In this document: one piece after another, positions 50,072 to 58,922 of the stretch
How the letters are laid out: every line of letters begins with the position of its first letter
How positions within the stretch are numbered: the first letter of the stretch is position 1
Virus record (IMG/VR): IMGVR_UViG_3300034375_010798
From: a virus
Strand: one strand, 5' to 3'
Length of the DNA: 64,000 nt
Translations under genes and position numbers: made by a program
The notes under the pieces: generated by a model
Databases searched by the model: none
The model's input: the letters and a program-made list of their open reading frames with translations, nothing else
Told to the model about the DNA's origin: nothing

Positions 50072-50588
50072 ATTAATAGTAGAAATTTCAGAAGAAAATA
50101 TAATAGATTTAGATATTAACATATACAATGATAGCGTAACTATTAAGGAAGAAGATGTAATAGTTAGAATGGTTGTTGAAGGTGATAATAATTTGAATTA
50201 CTTTTTTGATGGTGAGAGAAGTAGTGGTGGATATGCTATTACTGTTCCTAGATTAAAAGGAAAATTAAACGCCGGTGATAGGAATTGTATCATAGAAGTT
50301 GTTTGTCACGATAGGTATTTCAGAGCTTGGGAAGGTTTGCTTGAACTAAAGGAAGAAACAAAGATAGATGTAAAACCAAGAATGAAAACTAAAGTTATAG
50401 AAAACACACAAATAAATGTTACTCCTACAACAAGAGTTATTAAAAATTCCTCTGAAAAGAAAGTTACACCTAAAAAATCTTCAAGAACAAATATTAAGAG
50501 CAATGATGTTATGTTTGAAATAGTTATGGATAAGCCAGTAAGACCACTTAAAAAGAAGATTGTTAAAAAGAAAAAAGTATTGAGGTAG
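50061..50588 (+). CDS. Hypothetical protein (beta domain plus basic tail)
   Basis: ORF coupled to neighbours. Confidence 0.6.
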   Translation: MVNKLIVEISEENIIDLDINIYNDSVTIKEEDVIVRMVVEGDNNLNYFFDGERSSGGYAITVPRLKGKLNAGDRNCIIEVVCHDRYFRAWEGLLELKEETKIDVKPRMKTKVIENTQINVTPTTRVIKNSSEKKVTPKKSSRTNIKSNDVMFEIVMDKPVRPLKKKIVKKKKVLR

Positions 50589-50589
50589 T

Positions 50590-50805
50590 ATGAATTTAAG
50601 AGATAAGGTTGTTATGAGTAATCATGCATTGAGTGTTATATCTAAAACAAAAATAGTTCAGACTCACATACAGAGGCTACCAACTTCTGTAAAGAAAGAT
50701 GAGTCTGGTATAAGTCAAAAAGACAAAAGAGAGTTAATTAAAAAGATAGATAGTATTTATAAAGAACTACTTGTTTTAAAAAACAAAATAGAAGAAGAGA
50801 GTTGA
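50590..50805 (+). CDS. Hypothetical protein
   Basis: GAGGT SD. Confidence 0.55.
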   Translation: MNLRDKVVMSNHALSVISKTKIVQTHIQRLPTSVKKDESGISQKDKRELIKKIDSIYKELLVLKNKIEEES

Positions 50806-50808
50806 AAA

Positions 50809-51264
50809 ATGAAAATTAGATTTTCTGATATGTCAAATATGATAGCAGAAGAGGTTATGTCTTCCATAGAACCTACAATAAGAAAAGTAGTTAGAGAAGA
50901 AATAGCTCGTGGTGTTAAAAAGATTGTTCAAGAAAACAAAGCTTTGAGAGAAGAGATAATGCAAAAAAATCTTTTTGATCAAGAAGGCGATTTCATTGGA
51001 GAACAATCTAGTATAACAAATGAAACAAGAGAATTAATAGCTAAGAGATCTAGAGATAAGGCAAAAAACATTATAGAAAAACAATTAGGTAATGATCCAT
51101 ACGCAGATCTTATTATGTCAGCTGTAGATCCAAACGAAGAAAAGCAAAAAATAGAAGAGCAAAAACTATCTCAACCAATGGTAAAATCATCAGAGGTTCA
51201 AAAAGGAGATATGGTTGATCCATTAAATATGGATTTCTCTGATAGAATGGATAGATTAGTTTAA
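50809..51264 (+). CDS. Hypothetical, candidate prohead-associated protein
   Basis: IRKVVREEI..IVQE helical leader. Confidence 0.6.
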   Translation: MKIRFSDMSNMIAEEVMSSIEPTIRKVVREEIARGVKKIVQENKALREEIMQKNLFDQEGDFIGEQSSITNETRELIAKRSRDKAKNIIEKQLGNDPYADLIMSAVDPNEEKQKIEEQKLSQPMVKSSEVQKGDMVDPLNMDFSDRMDRLV

Positions 51265-51274
51265 GGATAAAAAA

Positions 51275-51601
51275 ATGAATTTTAAAAAATATATAAGACA
51301 AATTCTCACAGAAAATCCAGTTCCCCCCACAAAACAATTGGATATGTTTGACTATGGCCAAGATGGAAATGAAACAGTTCTACTTTCACCCGAAGCTCCT
51401 CAACATTTAAAAGATTTAGCTGGCGAAGATAATGAAGCCATTCTAGTTAGTGTTAATCCATATAAGATAAAATTTAAAAATGATGATCAAAATCAAGAGT
51501 ATCTTGTTTATCCAAAAGATATTGTTATAGAAAGTGAAATAAAAAAAGAAGTAATAAAATACGCAAAAGAGTATTTGAATTATATCACTGGTGGAAAATA
51601 A
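51275..51601 (+). CDS. Hypothetical, candidate head-internal protein
   Basis: MNFKKYIRQILTE|N leader resembling the T4 capsid-targeting sequence. Confidence 0.6.
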   Translation: MNFKKYIRQILTENPVPPTKQLDMFDYGQDGNETVLLSPEAPQHLKDLAGEDNEAILVSVNPYKIKFKNDDQNQEYLVYPKDIVIESEIKKEVIKYAKEYLNYITGGK

Positions 51602-51890
51602 TATGATAAAATTATTTCGTAAATATCTTAATAAAAACAAAGAAGAAAAAATAAAGGAAGAAGTTAAAGAGGATGACAATTTAAATGAGGAAAAAGAAAT
51701 GGCAATAAGAACTGATTTACAAAATATGATAAATAGAATTGTAGCAAATAGTAATGCTATGCATGATGGTGATTATAATGTTGATGGAGCAAATTATCTA
51801 GCACGACAAGGTGCACATCTACCAATGGAAGATAAACAAGTTATAAGAAAAGAATTAATGAGGTTGATGGAAGAAAAAGAGGGTGAATAA
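51591..51890 (+). CDS. Hypothetical protein
   Basis: MIKLFRKYL..LNE|E. Confidence 0.55.
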   Translation: MENNMIKLFRKYLNKNKEEKIKEEVKEDDNLNEEKEMAIRTDLQNMINRIVANSNAMHDGDYNVDGANYLARQGAHLPMEDKQVIRKELMRLMEEKEGE

Positions 51891-52157
51891 ATCTGATATT
51901 GAGGAAGAAGTTTTTTTTAATAATCCACAAAGGTTGTTTGGGTAGTGAAGGGTTGATGGCAGGTTACAGCAAATAACATTATAAAATTTTTAAGTCATAA
52001 GCTTATAGTTTATAATTGCTGGTTGTGGTTTCTAACAAAGCTTTGGCTATGTTTTTAACTTTCTCAATATCATTTTATAAAAAGTTTATATATATTATAT
52101 AAAGTATTAAATCTTAATATATGATATATTATAACAATAATTAGAAAATGAGGAAAG

Positions 52158-52364
52158 ATGAGAAACAAACATGACAACACTAGAAGTGTTAGTGTTGAAG
52201 TTTATAATAACGATATAGAAGGAGCTTTAAGAAGACTTAAAAGAAAACTCAAAAAAGATAATTTTTATGTGGAAATCAAAAAGAGAGAGTTTTATTTGAA
52301 GCCTTCCTTAGAGAAAAAACTCAAAAAAAGACGGAAAAAGAGTATCTCTGGGGAAGAATTATAG
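52158..52364 (+). CDS. rpsU: Ribosomal protein bS21
   Basis: VEVYNNDIEGALRRLKRKLKKDNFYVEIKKREFYLKPSLEKK matches the bS21 pattern (IE.ALRR.KR..E.K.R.FY.KPS). Confidence 0.92.
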   Translation: MRNKHDNTRSVSVEVYNNDIEGALRRLKRKLKKDNFYVEIKKREFYLKPSLEKKLKKRRKKSISGEEL

Positions 52365-52468
52365 GTTTTTTTGTTTTTTAATATAGTAGTATATATATTT
52401 ATTTTAGAAGTTATTTTTAAAATAATGTATTTATTTTAATTGTTTAATTTAATTCGGAGAATTTTATA

Positions 52469-53395
52469 ATGGCAAAGGATTTGGTAAAAGAAGCTTATGA
52501 GCAGATTGAAGCCATGAAAGAGGCCGCTACAGACACAGCAAGAAATATTCTTATTGAAGCTATGTCAACAGACCTCAAGGCTGCTGTTTCACAAGCTATG
52601 AGCGATACTCTTGAAGAAGAGAGTAACACACCATCCGACTATCATGCTGGTAAGAAGGGTGCTACTCTTGGTAGTGACCGTGTTGGTGATGAAATACCCG
52701 CCAAAGGTATTACTGGTGATGATCTAACAGATGAAGGTGATGGACCAGCTATTCTTGAAACAGAAGAAACTGTTGAAGAAGATACTGAGATTGATGAAGT
52801 AACAGAGTCAGATATCGAAGAAATGCTAGAAGCTGACGATGATGACGAAGATGAAGATATGATGGATGATGATGACGATGACGATATGGAAGACGAAGAA
52901 GATACCGAAGAAGGTATGTATGAAGCTTCTGAAGATGATGACGAGATTGATGAGTCAGAAGAAGTTATTGAAGTTGTCGAAGATGAAGAAATGACAGAAG
53001 ATACAGATGTAGTTAGTGATCTTAAGGCCGAAGTTGCAGCTCTTAGAAAAGAAAATAAGAGATATGAGAAAGCACTAATCGGTGTTAAGAATCAGATGGA
53101 CGAAGTTAATCTATTTAACGCACGTCTAGCTGCCGCTACTGATCTATTCCGTAATGTAACACTTACAAAGCAGCAGAAGGAAAGAGTTGTTGAGCATTTT
53201 GATAAGGCATCAACAATTGGTGAGGTTAAGAGAGTTCTAAAGGCTCTTAAAGAAGGTTACAACAGCAACCAGCCCAAGGCTCGTAAGGCTCGCGTATCAA
53301 GACCTAATGTTCAAAGTGTAGTTACAGAAGCAACAGAAAACACACAATCAGATACAGCTTTTGAACGTCTAGCTAAGTTAGCTGGAACTCTATAA
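52469..53395 (+). CDS. Prohead core scaffold (T4 gp22-like)
   Basis: Very acidic, directly upstream of the capsid gene; EVNLFNARL; ends FERLAKLAGTL; many xxE|A sites. Confidence 0.85.
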   Translation: MAKDLVKEAYEQIEAMKEAATDTARNILIEAMSTDLKAAVSQAMSDTLEEESNTPSDYHAGKKGATLGSDRVGDEIPAKGITGDDLTDEGDGPAILETEETVEEDTEIDEVTESDIEEMLEADDDDEDEDMMDDDDDDDMEDEEDTEEGMYEASEDDDEIDESEEVIEVVEDEEMTEDTDVVSDLKAEVAALRKENKRYEKALIGVKNQMDEVNLFNARLAAATDLFRNVTLTKQQKERVVEHFDKASTIGEVKRVLKALKEGYNSNQPKARKARVSRPNVQSVVTEATENTQSDTAFERLAKLAGTL

Positions 53396-53417
53396 TATAA
53401 TCGGGAGATAATTTAAA

Positions 53418-55220
53418 ATGGATAACAATGTAATTTTGGAAATGACCAAAGAATACTCCCCAGTTAATCGTGATGCCAAGCTAAAGGGTGTTATGGATAA
53501 GTGGAGTAGAACTGGTCTACTAAACAAACTAAACGAAGACAAGTCATCTGTAGTAGCTCAGCTACTTGAGAATCAGGCTGTTGAACTTCGTAATACAATT
53601 CTAAACGAAGAGTCAAGTGTTGGCAATATCGCTGGTTACAACAAGATTGCCTTCCCCCTCGTTCGTCGCGTATTCGGTCAGCTATTAGCAACCGAACTCG
53701 TAGCAATTCAACCTATGTCACTTCCAAGTGGTCTACTATTCTTCTTGGATTTCACATACGATCGCAATCAGGCTGGCGCCACAGAAGGTGGTTCAGTTTA
53801 TGGTAATAGAACAGTAACAAATCCTGACACCGATGCTAATGGCGCACAGGATGCTACTGGTGGTTTCTACAACCTAGACGCTCTTGGCTACACACGTAGA
53901 AACTTTATTCTAAACTCAGTTACAGGTTCACCTGTTGTTGCAGCTAGCACACTAGCTGGCGTAGCTGACACAAAGTATTCTGATCTACTTGGTGCAGCCG
54001 CTACTGGTTATGCTTTTGTTCTTGAAAACGCTGATTCAACAGATCTATCAGCCCTAAATCAAGTTAGACTAGCTACAATGGGTTCAATTAATCTTGGTAA
54101 CACAGGTAACACAGATGGCACATTCCGTGGTCTTTCTCCTGTAGCTAAGCTAAATGACTCATCACTATTTGGTTCAATCGACCCAGCTCTAACAGAATAT
54201 GCTAGCGTTGCCAGTGTTGACTATATCGTTGTTTATACAACAGCTTCTGATGCACTAACTGGTTCTACAACTGCCGGTCTTCAGACAACTGTTTGGGGTA
54301 ACTCCACAGACGGTAATGGCGTTTCTGATCAAGCTGATAATGACTCATGGGGTATTGTTGGTCCAGCTAAGACAAATGTAAGTGTTGATACTGGTTCAAC
54401 ACAGACAGGTGACTTTGAAAACACACCTAATATTCCCGAAATTAACATTAAGGTTGAAAGTGTTCCTGTTCAGGCTGTGACACGTAAGTTGAAGGCCACA
54501 TGGACACCCGAACTAGCACAAGATATCAACGCATATCACGCTATTGACGCTGAAGTTGAACTAACAACAATTCTTTCTGACATTATCGCTACAGAAATTG
54601 ACAGAGAAATTCTAAGCACACTTCTACAGGGTGCTACAGTTAACGCAGCTTGGTCACGTTTCCCCGGTCGTTATGTTACAGCCGGTGCCGATGTTAATAC
54701 ACTAGCTGCACCATCTGGAACAGGTAGTTCATCAAATTTTGGTTTCACAGGAACAAACCAAGATTGGTATCAGACACTCGCTGAAACACTACTAACTGTT
54801 TCAAACGAGATTCACAAGCGTAACATGAGAAGTGGAGCTAACTGGCTCGTTACTTCTCCCGATGTTGCAACAATTATCGAAGCCATTGCTTACTTCAAGC
54901 CCAACGCAACATTCGATCCTTCCGAGGTTCAGTTTTCAATGGGTATTGAAAGGGTTGGAACTCTAAGCAATCGTTTCACTGTATACAAAGATCCTTACTT
55001 CCCAGCTAACAAGATCCTCATGGGTTACAAAGGCCCCGGATTCCTAGACGCTGGTTTTGTATACGCTCCTTATGTTCCTCTCGTATTCACACCAACCATT
55101 TTTGAGCCAAACGATTTCACACCTCGCAAGGGTGCAATGACTCGTTACGCTTCTAAGATGGTTCGTCCCGAATTCTACGGAACAGTAACAGTTGCAGACC
55201 TTAACACCATTGGTGGTTAA
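53418..55220 (+). CDS. Major capsid protein (T4 gp23-like)
   Basis: KWSRTGLL, QLLENQ, FPLVRR, QPMSLPSGLLFFLDF, TRKLKATWTPELAQD, YAPYVPL, FTPRKGAMTRY. Confidence 0.97.
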   Translation: MDNNVILEMTKEYSPVNRDAKLKGVMDKWSRTGLLNKLNEDKSSVVAQLLENQAVELRNTILNEESSVGNIAGYNKIAFPLVRRVFGQLLATELVAIQPMSLPSGLLFFLDFTYDRNQAGATEGGSVYGNRTVTNPDTDANGAQDATGGFYNLDALGYTRRNFILNSVTGSPVVAASTLAGVADTKYSDLLGAAATGYAFVLENADSTDLSALNQVRLATMGSINLGNTGNTDGTFRGLSPVAKLNDSSLFGSIDPALTEYASVASVDYIVVYTTASDALTGSTTAGLQTTVWGNSTDGNGVSDQADNDSWGIVGPAKTNVSVDTGSTQTGDFENTPNIPEINIKVESVPVQAVTRKLKATWTPELAQDINAYHAIDAEVELTTILSDIIATEIDREILSTLLQGATVNAAWSRFPGRYVTAGADVNTLAAPSGTGSSSNFGFTGTNQDWYQTLAETLLTVSNEIHKRNMRSGANWLVTSPDVATIIEAIAYFKPNATFDPSEVQFSMGIERVGTLSNRFTVYKDPYFPANKILMGYKGPGFLDAGFVYAPYVPLVFTPTIFEPNDFTPRKGAMTRYASKMVRPEFYGTVTVADLNTIGG

Positions 55221-55256
55221 TAAATAAAATTATTTCAATTTTAAAGTTTTGTAGAG

Positions 55257-55288
55257 AGAGGGTGGATTTATTCCACCCTCTTTTTTTT
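55257..55288 (+). terminator. Intrinsic terminator after the capsid gene
   Basis: AGAGGGTGGA / TCCACCCTCT followed by a T-run. Confidence 0.88.
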
Positions 55289-55344
55289 GTTTAAAAAAAT
55301 CTATAATTTATTATATTTCATATAATCTTTTTAAAGGAGAGTAT

Positions 55345-56040
55345 ATGAAAATAGATGTTTTAGATAAAGGGTATGTAGAGTTAGTAGGAAATATAGGCAC
55401 AGATCTTACGCCTGTGAATGCCGCAAGAGTATCGTTTGATGGTCTTAGTGAAGAATATAGTAATAAAGATTATAGATTAATAAAGTATCTTATTAAACAC
55501 AAACACTTTTCCCCATTTAGACATCAACATTGTATGTTCATTATAAAAGCACCAGAGTTTGTAATGAGACAATGGTATAAACACGTAGTTGGAGTTGAAA
55601 CAACTTCAGCACATTCTACTAAAGATCATGCATGGAATGAGATTAGTGGTAGATATGTTCCATATGATGAGTTTTATAATCCACAATTTTTCCGTAAACA
55701 GAGTGAAGACAATAAACAAGCTTCTGATGGTTTGGTCACTGATCAGATAATGGCAAGAACATTATGGTGTGAAGCACAAGATCAAGCAATTATAAGTTAT
55801 AAGAAGATGTTGGAGATGGGTGTAGCAAGAGAACAGGCTAGATCTATTCTTCCATTGACTTTATATACAAAGGTTTATTGGACTGCTTCTTTTCAATCTA
55901 TTATGAACTTCATTGAGCTTAGAGATGAAGCAACCTCTCAGTTAGAAATACAAGAGTATGCAAGAGTATTAAAAGATATAATGCAAGAAGTATTTCCTAA
56001 AACAACCCAAGCTTGGCTAGAAACTATAAATAAGGAGTAA
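55345..56040 (+). CDS. thyX: Flavin-dependent thymidylate synthase
   Basis: VNAARVSF, HFSPF, RQWYKH, NEISGRY, EQARSILP, QLEIQEYA. Confidence 0.94.
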   Translation: MKIDVLDKGYVELVGNIGTDLTPVNAARVSFDGLSEEYSNKDYRLIKYLIKHKHFSPFRHQHCMFIIKAPEFVMRQWYKHVVGVETTSAHSTKDHAWNEISGRYVPYDEFYNPQFFRKQSEDNKQASDGLVTDQIMARTLWCEAQDQAIISYKKMLEMGVAREQARSILPLTLYTKVYWTASFQSIMNFIELRDEATSQLEIQEYARVLKDIMQEVFPKTTQAWLETINKE

Positions 56041-56042
56041 AT

Positions 56043-56636
56043 ATGTCAATATTATTAGTAAATTCAGAACAACATTTAGAAGATCCGGTTGATAACACAA
56101 ATAAAAACGAAAAAGGTATAGAGATTCCAGTAGGTATTAGGTTTTATAATCAGTTTGGATATAAGGATACTGTAGAGGTTGGTTGTGTTATGCCTTTATA
56201 CGGTTACTCAGAACATATATCAATTAATGTTTTAAATACAGAGTCTCCATCTGGTGTTTTGTTGGATAGTAACCCTCTTGAATATGATTTCACTGGAAAG
56301 AATGTTATATCATTAGGAGTTATTGAACATTTGGGTAAAGATGAAACATCAATAAGTTTTGATGAAGACGCACCTATCAAGCTTTGTGAGAAAATAATCT
56401 CAGAAGCTAATAACTATATCATTAGTTGTGCTTTGCTTTATAATGATGTGCTAGATGATTGGTTAAAGCAGAAAACAAAAGAGGCAGATTTTAATTGGTG
56501 TGGTTATACTCTTGATAACTCATCACAGTTTTGGAGTTGTAGGGAAAGGGATGAAATTTGTTTTGATATGAAATATAAGTATGGTGGTAAATATCAATTT
56601 GCAAATTCTAACATATTTTTAAGCAATATTACTTAG
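56043..56636 (+). CDS. Hypothetical protein, possibly a degenerate methyltransferase fold
   Basis: NEKGIEIP..EVG..VISLGVIEHLG. Confidence 0.5.
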   Translation: MSILLVNSEQHLEDPVDNTNKNEKGIEIPVGIRFYNQFGYKDTVEVGCVMPLYGYSEHISINVLNTESPSGVLLDSNPLEYDFTGKNVISLGVIEHLGKDETSISFDEDAPIKLCEKIISEANNYIISCALLYNDVLDDWLKQKTKEADFNWCGYTLDNSSQFWSCRERDEICFDMKYKYGGKYQFANSNIFLSNIT

Positions 56637-56655
56637 TAATAAAGCATTTTATATA

Positions 56656-56684
56656 TTGACTTTATGTGTTAAAATCCGTATATT
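56656..56684 (+). promoter_or_regulatory. sigma70-type promoter
   Basis: TTGACT, 17 nt, TATATT. Confidence 0.72.
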
Positions 56685-56699
56685 ATTATATACAAATTT

Positions 56700-57266
56700 A
56701 TGGAGGTTTTTATGGATATAATAAGTAAAATACATAGTGAATATGATAATAACATAGAGGAAACTGTAAGGTCAATATATAAAAATAAAATAAAGCTTCC
56801 TGTCTTTATTAAAAGTGTAAAAAATATGTCTACTTCATATGGATTATACGGTTTGTGTCATATAGATGACTATATGCGTGGCCCTAATAAAATGCCAGAT
56901 CATTTTTATAATAAAATATTGTTTGATATGCATGATGAAACAAATAATAGAGATGGATACTTTCATCACATCACCGTATCAGAATGTATTTTAAATACTA
57001 AAAGAAAAACAAGTAAGGAGTGGGATTATTCAACTTATAAAAAAATAACAAACAATCCCACAATGTATTGGTTAACAAATATTTTAACACATGAGCTACA
57101 TCATGCATGGCAACATGATAAAGTGATTGTTAGAACAAAAAATAAGAGCATAAAAATACTTGACAATATTGATAAAATGTGGTATATTAATATATATGAA
57201 TTTGATGCTGAAGTTGAAGCTAATAAGTTAAGAGTTGATTTCATCAAAAAACTAATAGGAGATTGA
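56700..57266 (+). CDS. HExxH metallopeptidase-like protein
   Basis: ILTHELHHAWQH and a downstream EFDAE. Confidence 0.65.
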   Translation: MEVFMDIISKIHSEYDNNIEETVRSIYKNKIKLPVFIKSVKNMSTSYGLYGLCHIDDYMRGPNKMPDHFYNKILFDMHDETNNRDGYFHHITVSECILNTKRKTSKEWDYSTYKKITNNPTMYWLTNILTHELHHAWQHDKVIVRTKNKSIKILDNIDKMWYINIYEFDAEVEANKLRVDFIKKLIGD

Positions 57267-57267
57267 T

Positions 57268-57885
57268 ATGGATACACCATCTAAAGAAGATTTACAACAG
57301 GTTTTACAAAATATTTCTGATTTGATTGATGAACATGGTAAGGAAAGGAAGGAAAACATTGAAAAAGTTTTTGAACGTATTGGCGAACACTTTGCTACAG
57401 CACCCGCATCTAGTAAACTACAATATCATAACGCCTTTGCTGGTGGCCTTATGTTGCATACTTATGATGTTGTAAAGACAATGTATGAGCTTAACAATCC
57501 AGTATATGGTTGTGATGAAGAAAGTATATTGATTACTGGTTTGTTCCATGATTTAGGTAAGATAGGTGGATTCAATGAGGATTTATCAGAGATTATACCT
57601 ATGTATACACCTATTGATAATAGTAACTGGCGGTATAAGAATGGGGATAGATATATCTACAATGAAAACTTAGATGATTACTTGACACATTCGCTTAGAA
57701 GTATTAGATTATTGACACAGATGAATTTTCCCTTGACAAACGATGAGTTTGTTTCTATATTTAGTCACGATGGATATTTTGAGGAACAGAATCGTTCATT
57801 CACATTGATGCGTTGCCCGTATCGTTTGTTGAAGTTATTACAAGCATCCGATCAGATTTGCACAATAACGGAGAAAAATGATTGA
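57268..57885 (+). CDS. HD-domain hydrolase
   Basis: YHNAFAGGLMLH, FHDLGK, SHDG, ASD. Confidence 0.88.
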   Translation: MDTPSKEDLQQVLQNISDLIDEHGKERKENIEKVFERIGEHFATAPASSKLQYHNAFAGGLMLHTYDVVKTMYELNNPVYGCDEESILITGLFHDLGKIGGFNEDLSEIIPMYTPIDNSNWRYKNGDRYIYNENLDDYLTHSLRSIRLLTQMNFPLTNDEFVSIFSHDGYFEEQNRSFTLMRCPYRLLKLLQASDQICTITEKND

Positions 57886-58063
57886 TATGAAAAATAATAA
57901 ACTTCTTACTGGTAAAAAAGCTATAGCTTATAAGATATTAAAACAAAGATTAAAAGAAGAAGATATAGAAAATGTTGACTGTATTAATAGTTTATTAGAA
58001 GAAATTATTGAAAAGTTGGATAAGTATGGTTTTTATGATGAAAAAAGTTTAAATGAAGATTAG
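57878..58063 (+). CDS. Hypothetical protein
   Basis: GGAG SD. Confidence 0.5.
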   Translation: MIDMKNNKLLTGKKAIAYKILKQRLKEEDIENVDCINSLLEEIIEKLDKYGFYDEKSLNED

Positions 58064-58075
58064 TTTTTATTATAT

Positions 58076-58759
58076 ATGGAGTGTTTAATGTCTAAAGAAG
58101 AAGAAAATAAGTTAGTAGAAGATAATATGTGGTTGATAGAGTATGTGGCAAGAAACTATGTTAAGCAGGCTGATTGGAATGATATGGTATCTGCGGGTAG
58201 ATATGGATTAATGAGAGGTATAAGAAAGTTTGATAAAGATAAAGGAATAAAACCTTCTACATATTTAGTTCATTGGGTTAGAGCAGAAATAATTAAGTGT
58301 CTTTATGAAGATAGAAATGTTCATTTACCTTGGAATAGAATCAATAAGTATATTAAAGAAGGCAAAAAAACCAACTTTAATGATGGCATATATCCTCGTT
58401 TTGAAATTAGTATAGATAGTAAGTCATTTAACACTCATAATGATTTTCAAAGTGATGATGATGATATGAATAAAAACGATAATATAGAGTTTCAATCATC
58501 ATTATCATCTGATTATATCAATAATTTAGACAAGAGAGAAGAATCAGAGCACATACTTTATCTATTGGAGAACACTAGATTAACTGATAAGGAAAGAAAA
58601 GTCATTGATCATAGATTTGGATTACATGGAGAGTATTCTAAGACATTGAAAGAAGTCGGAGAAATAATGGGTTATTCAGCTATGGGAATACAAAAAATAG
58701 AAAAAAATGCCTTACTAAAATTAAAAAGAAATAAAGGGTTTAGTATTCTAAATGTTTAG
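58076..58759 (+). CDS. sigma70-family RNA polymerase sigma factor
   Basis: Region 2 (DMVSAGRYGLMRGIRKFDKDKGIKPSTY..WVR) and region 4 (ERKVIDHRFGL..TLKEVGEIMG..IEKNALLKLK). Confidence 0.9.
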   Translation: MECLMSKEEENKLVEDNMWLIEYVARNYVKQADWNDMVSAGRYGLMRGIRKFDKDKGIKPSTYLVHWVRAEIIKCLYEDRNVHLPWNRINKYIKEGKKTNFNDGIYPRFEISIDSKSFNTHNDFQSDDDDMNKNDNIEFQSSLSSDYINNLDKREESEHILYLLENTRLTDKERKVIDHRFGLHGEYSKTLKEVGEIMGYSAMGIQKIEKNALLKLKRNKGFSILNV

Positions 58760-58775
58760 GAGATTTTTACAGGGA

Positions 58776-58922
58776 GTGTATCCTTTAAAAGAAAAAACCA
58801 AGAAATTTGATTATAATCAATTTTATTGTGAGTTATGTCACGGTGTTTTTGATGAAGAAACATTGTTCGATAAAGAATCGGGGAAGTTTTTATGTCAAAG
58901 TTGCGAGAAGAAAGTAAAGTAG
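58776..58922 (+). CDS. CxxC...CxxC microprotein (not in ORF track; alternative start 58752)
   Basis: ..FYCELCHGVF..KFLCQSCEKKVK*. Confidence 0.55.
   Translation: MYPLKEKTKKFDYNQFYCELCHGVFDEETLFDKESGKFLCQSCEKKVK

Noticed and set aside
52830-52900. GAT/GAC-rich repeat tract
   Set aside because: It simply encodes the poly-Asp/Glu region of the scaffold protein.
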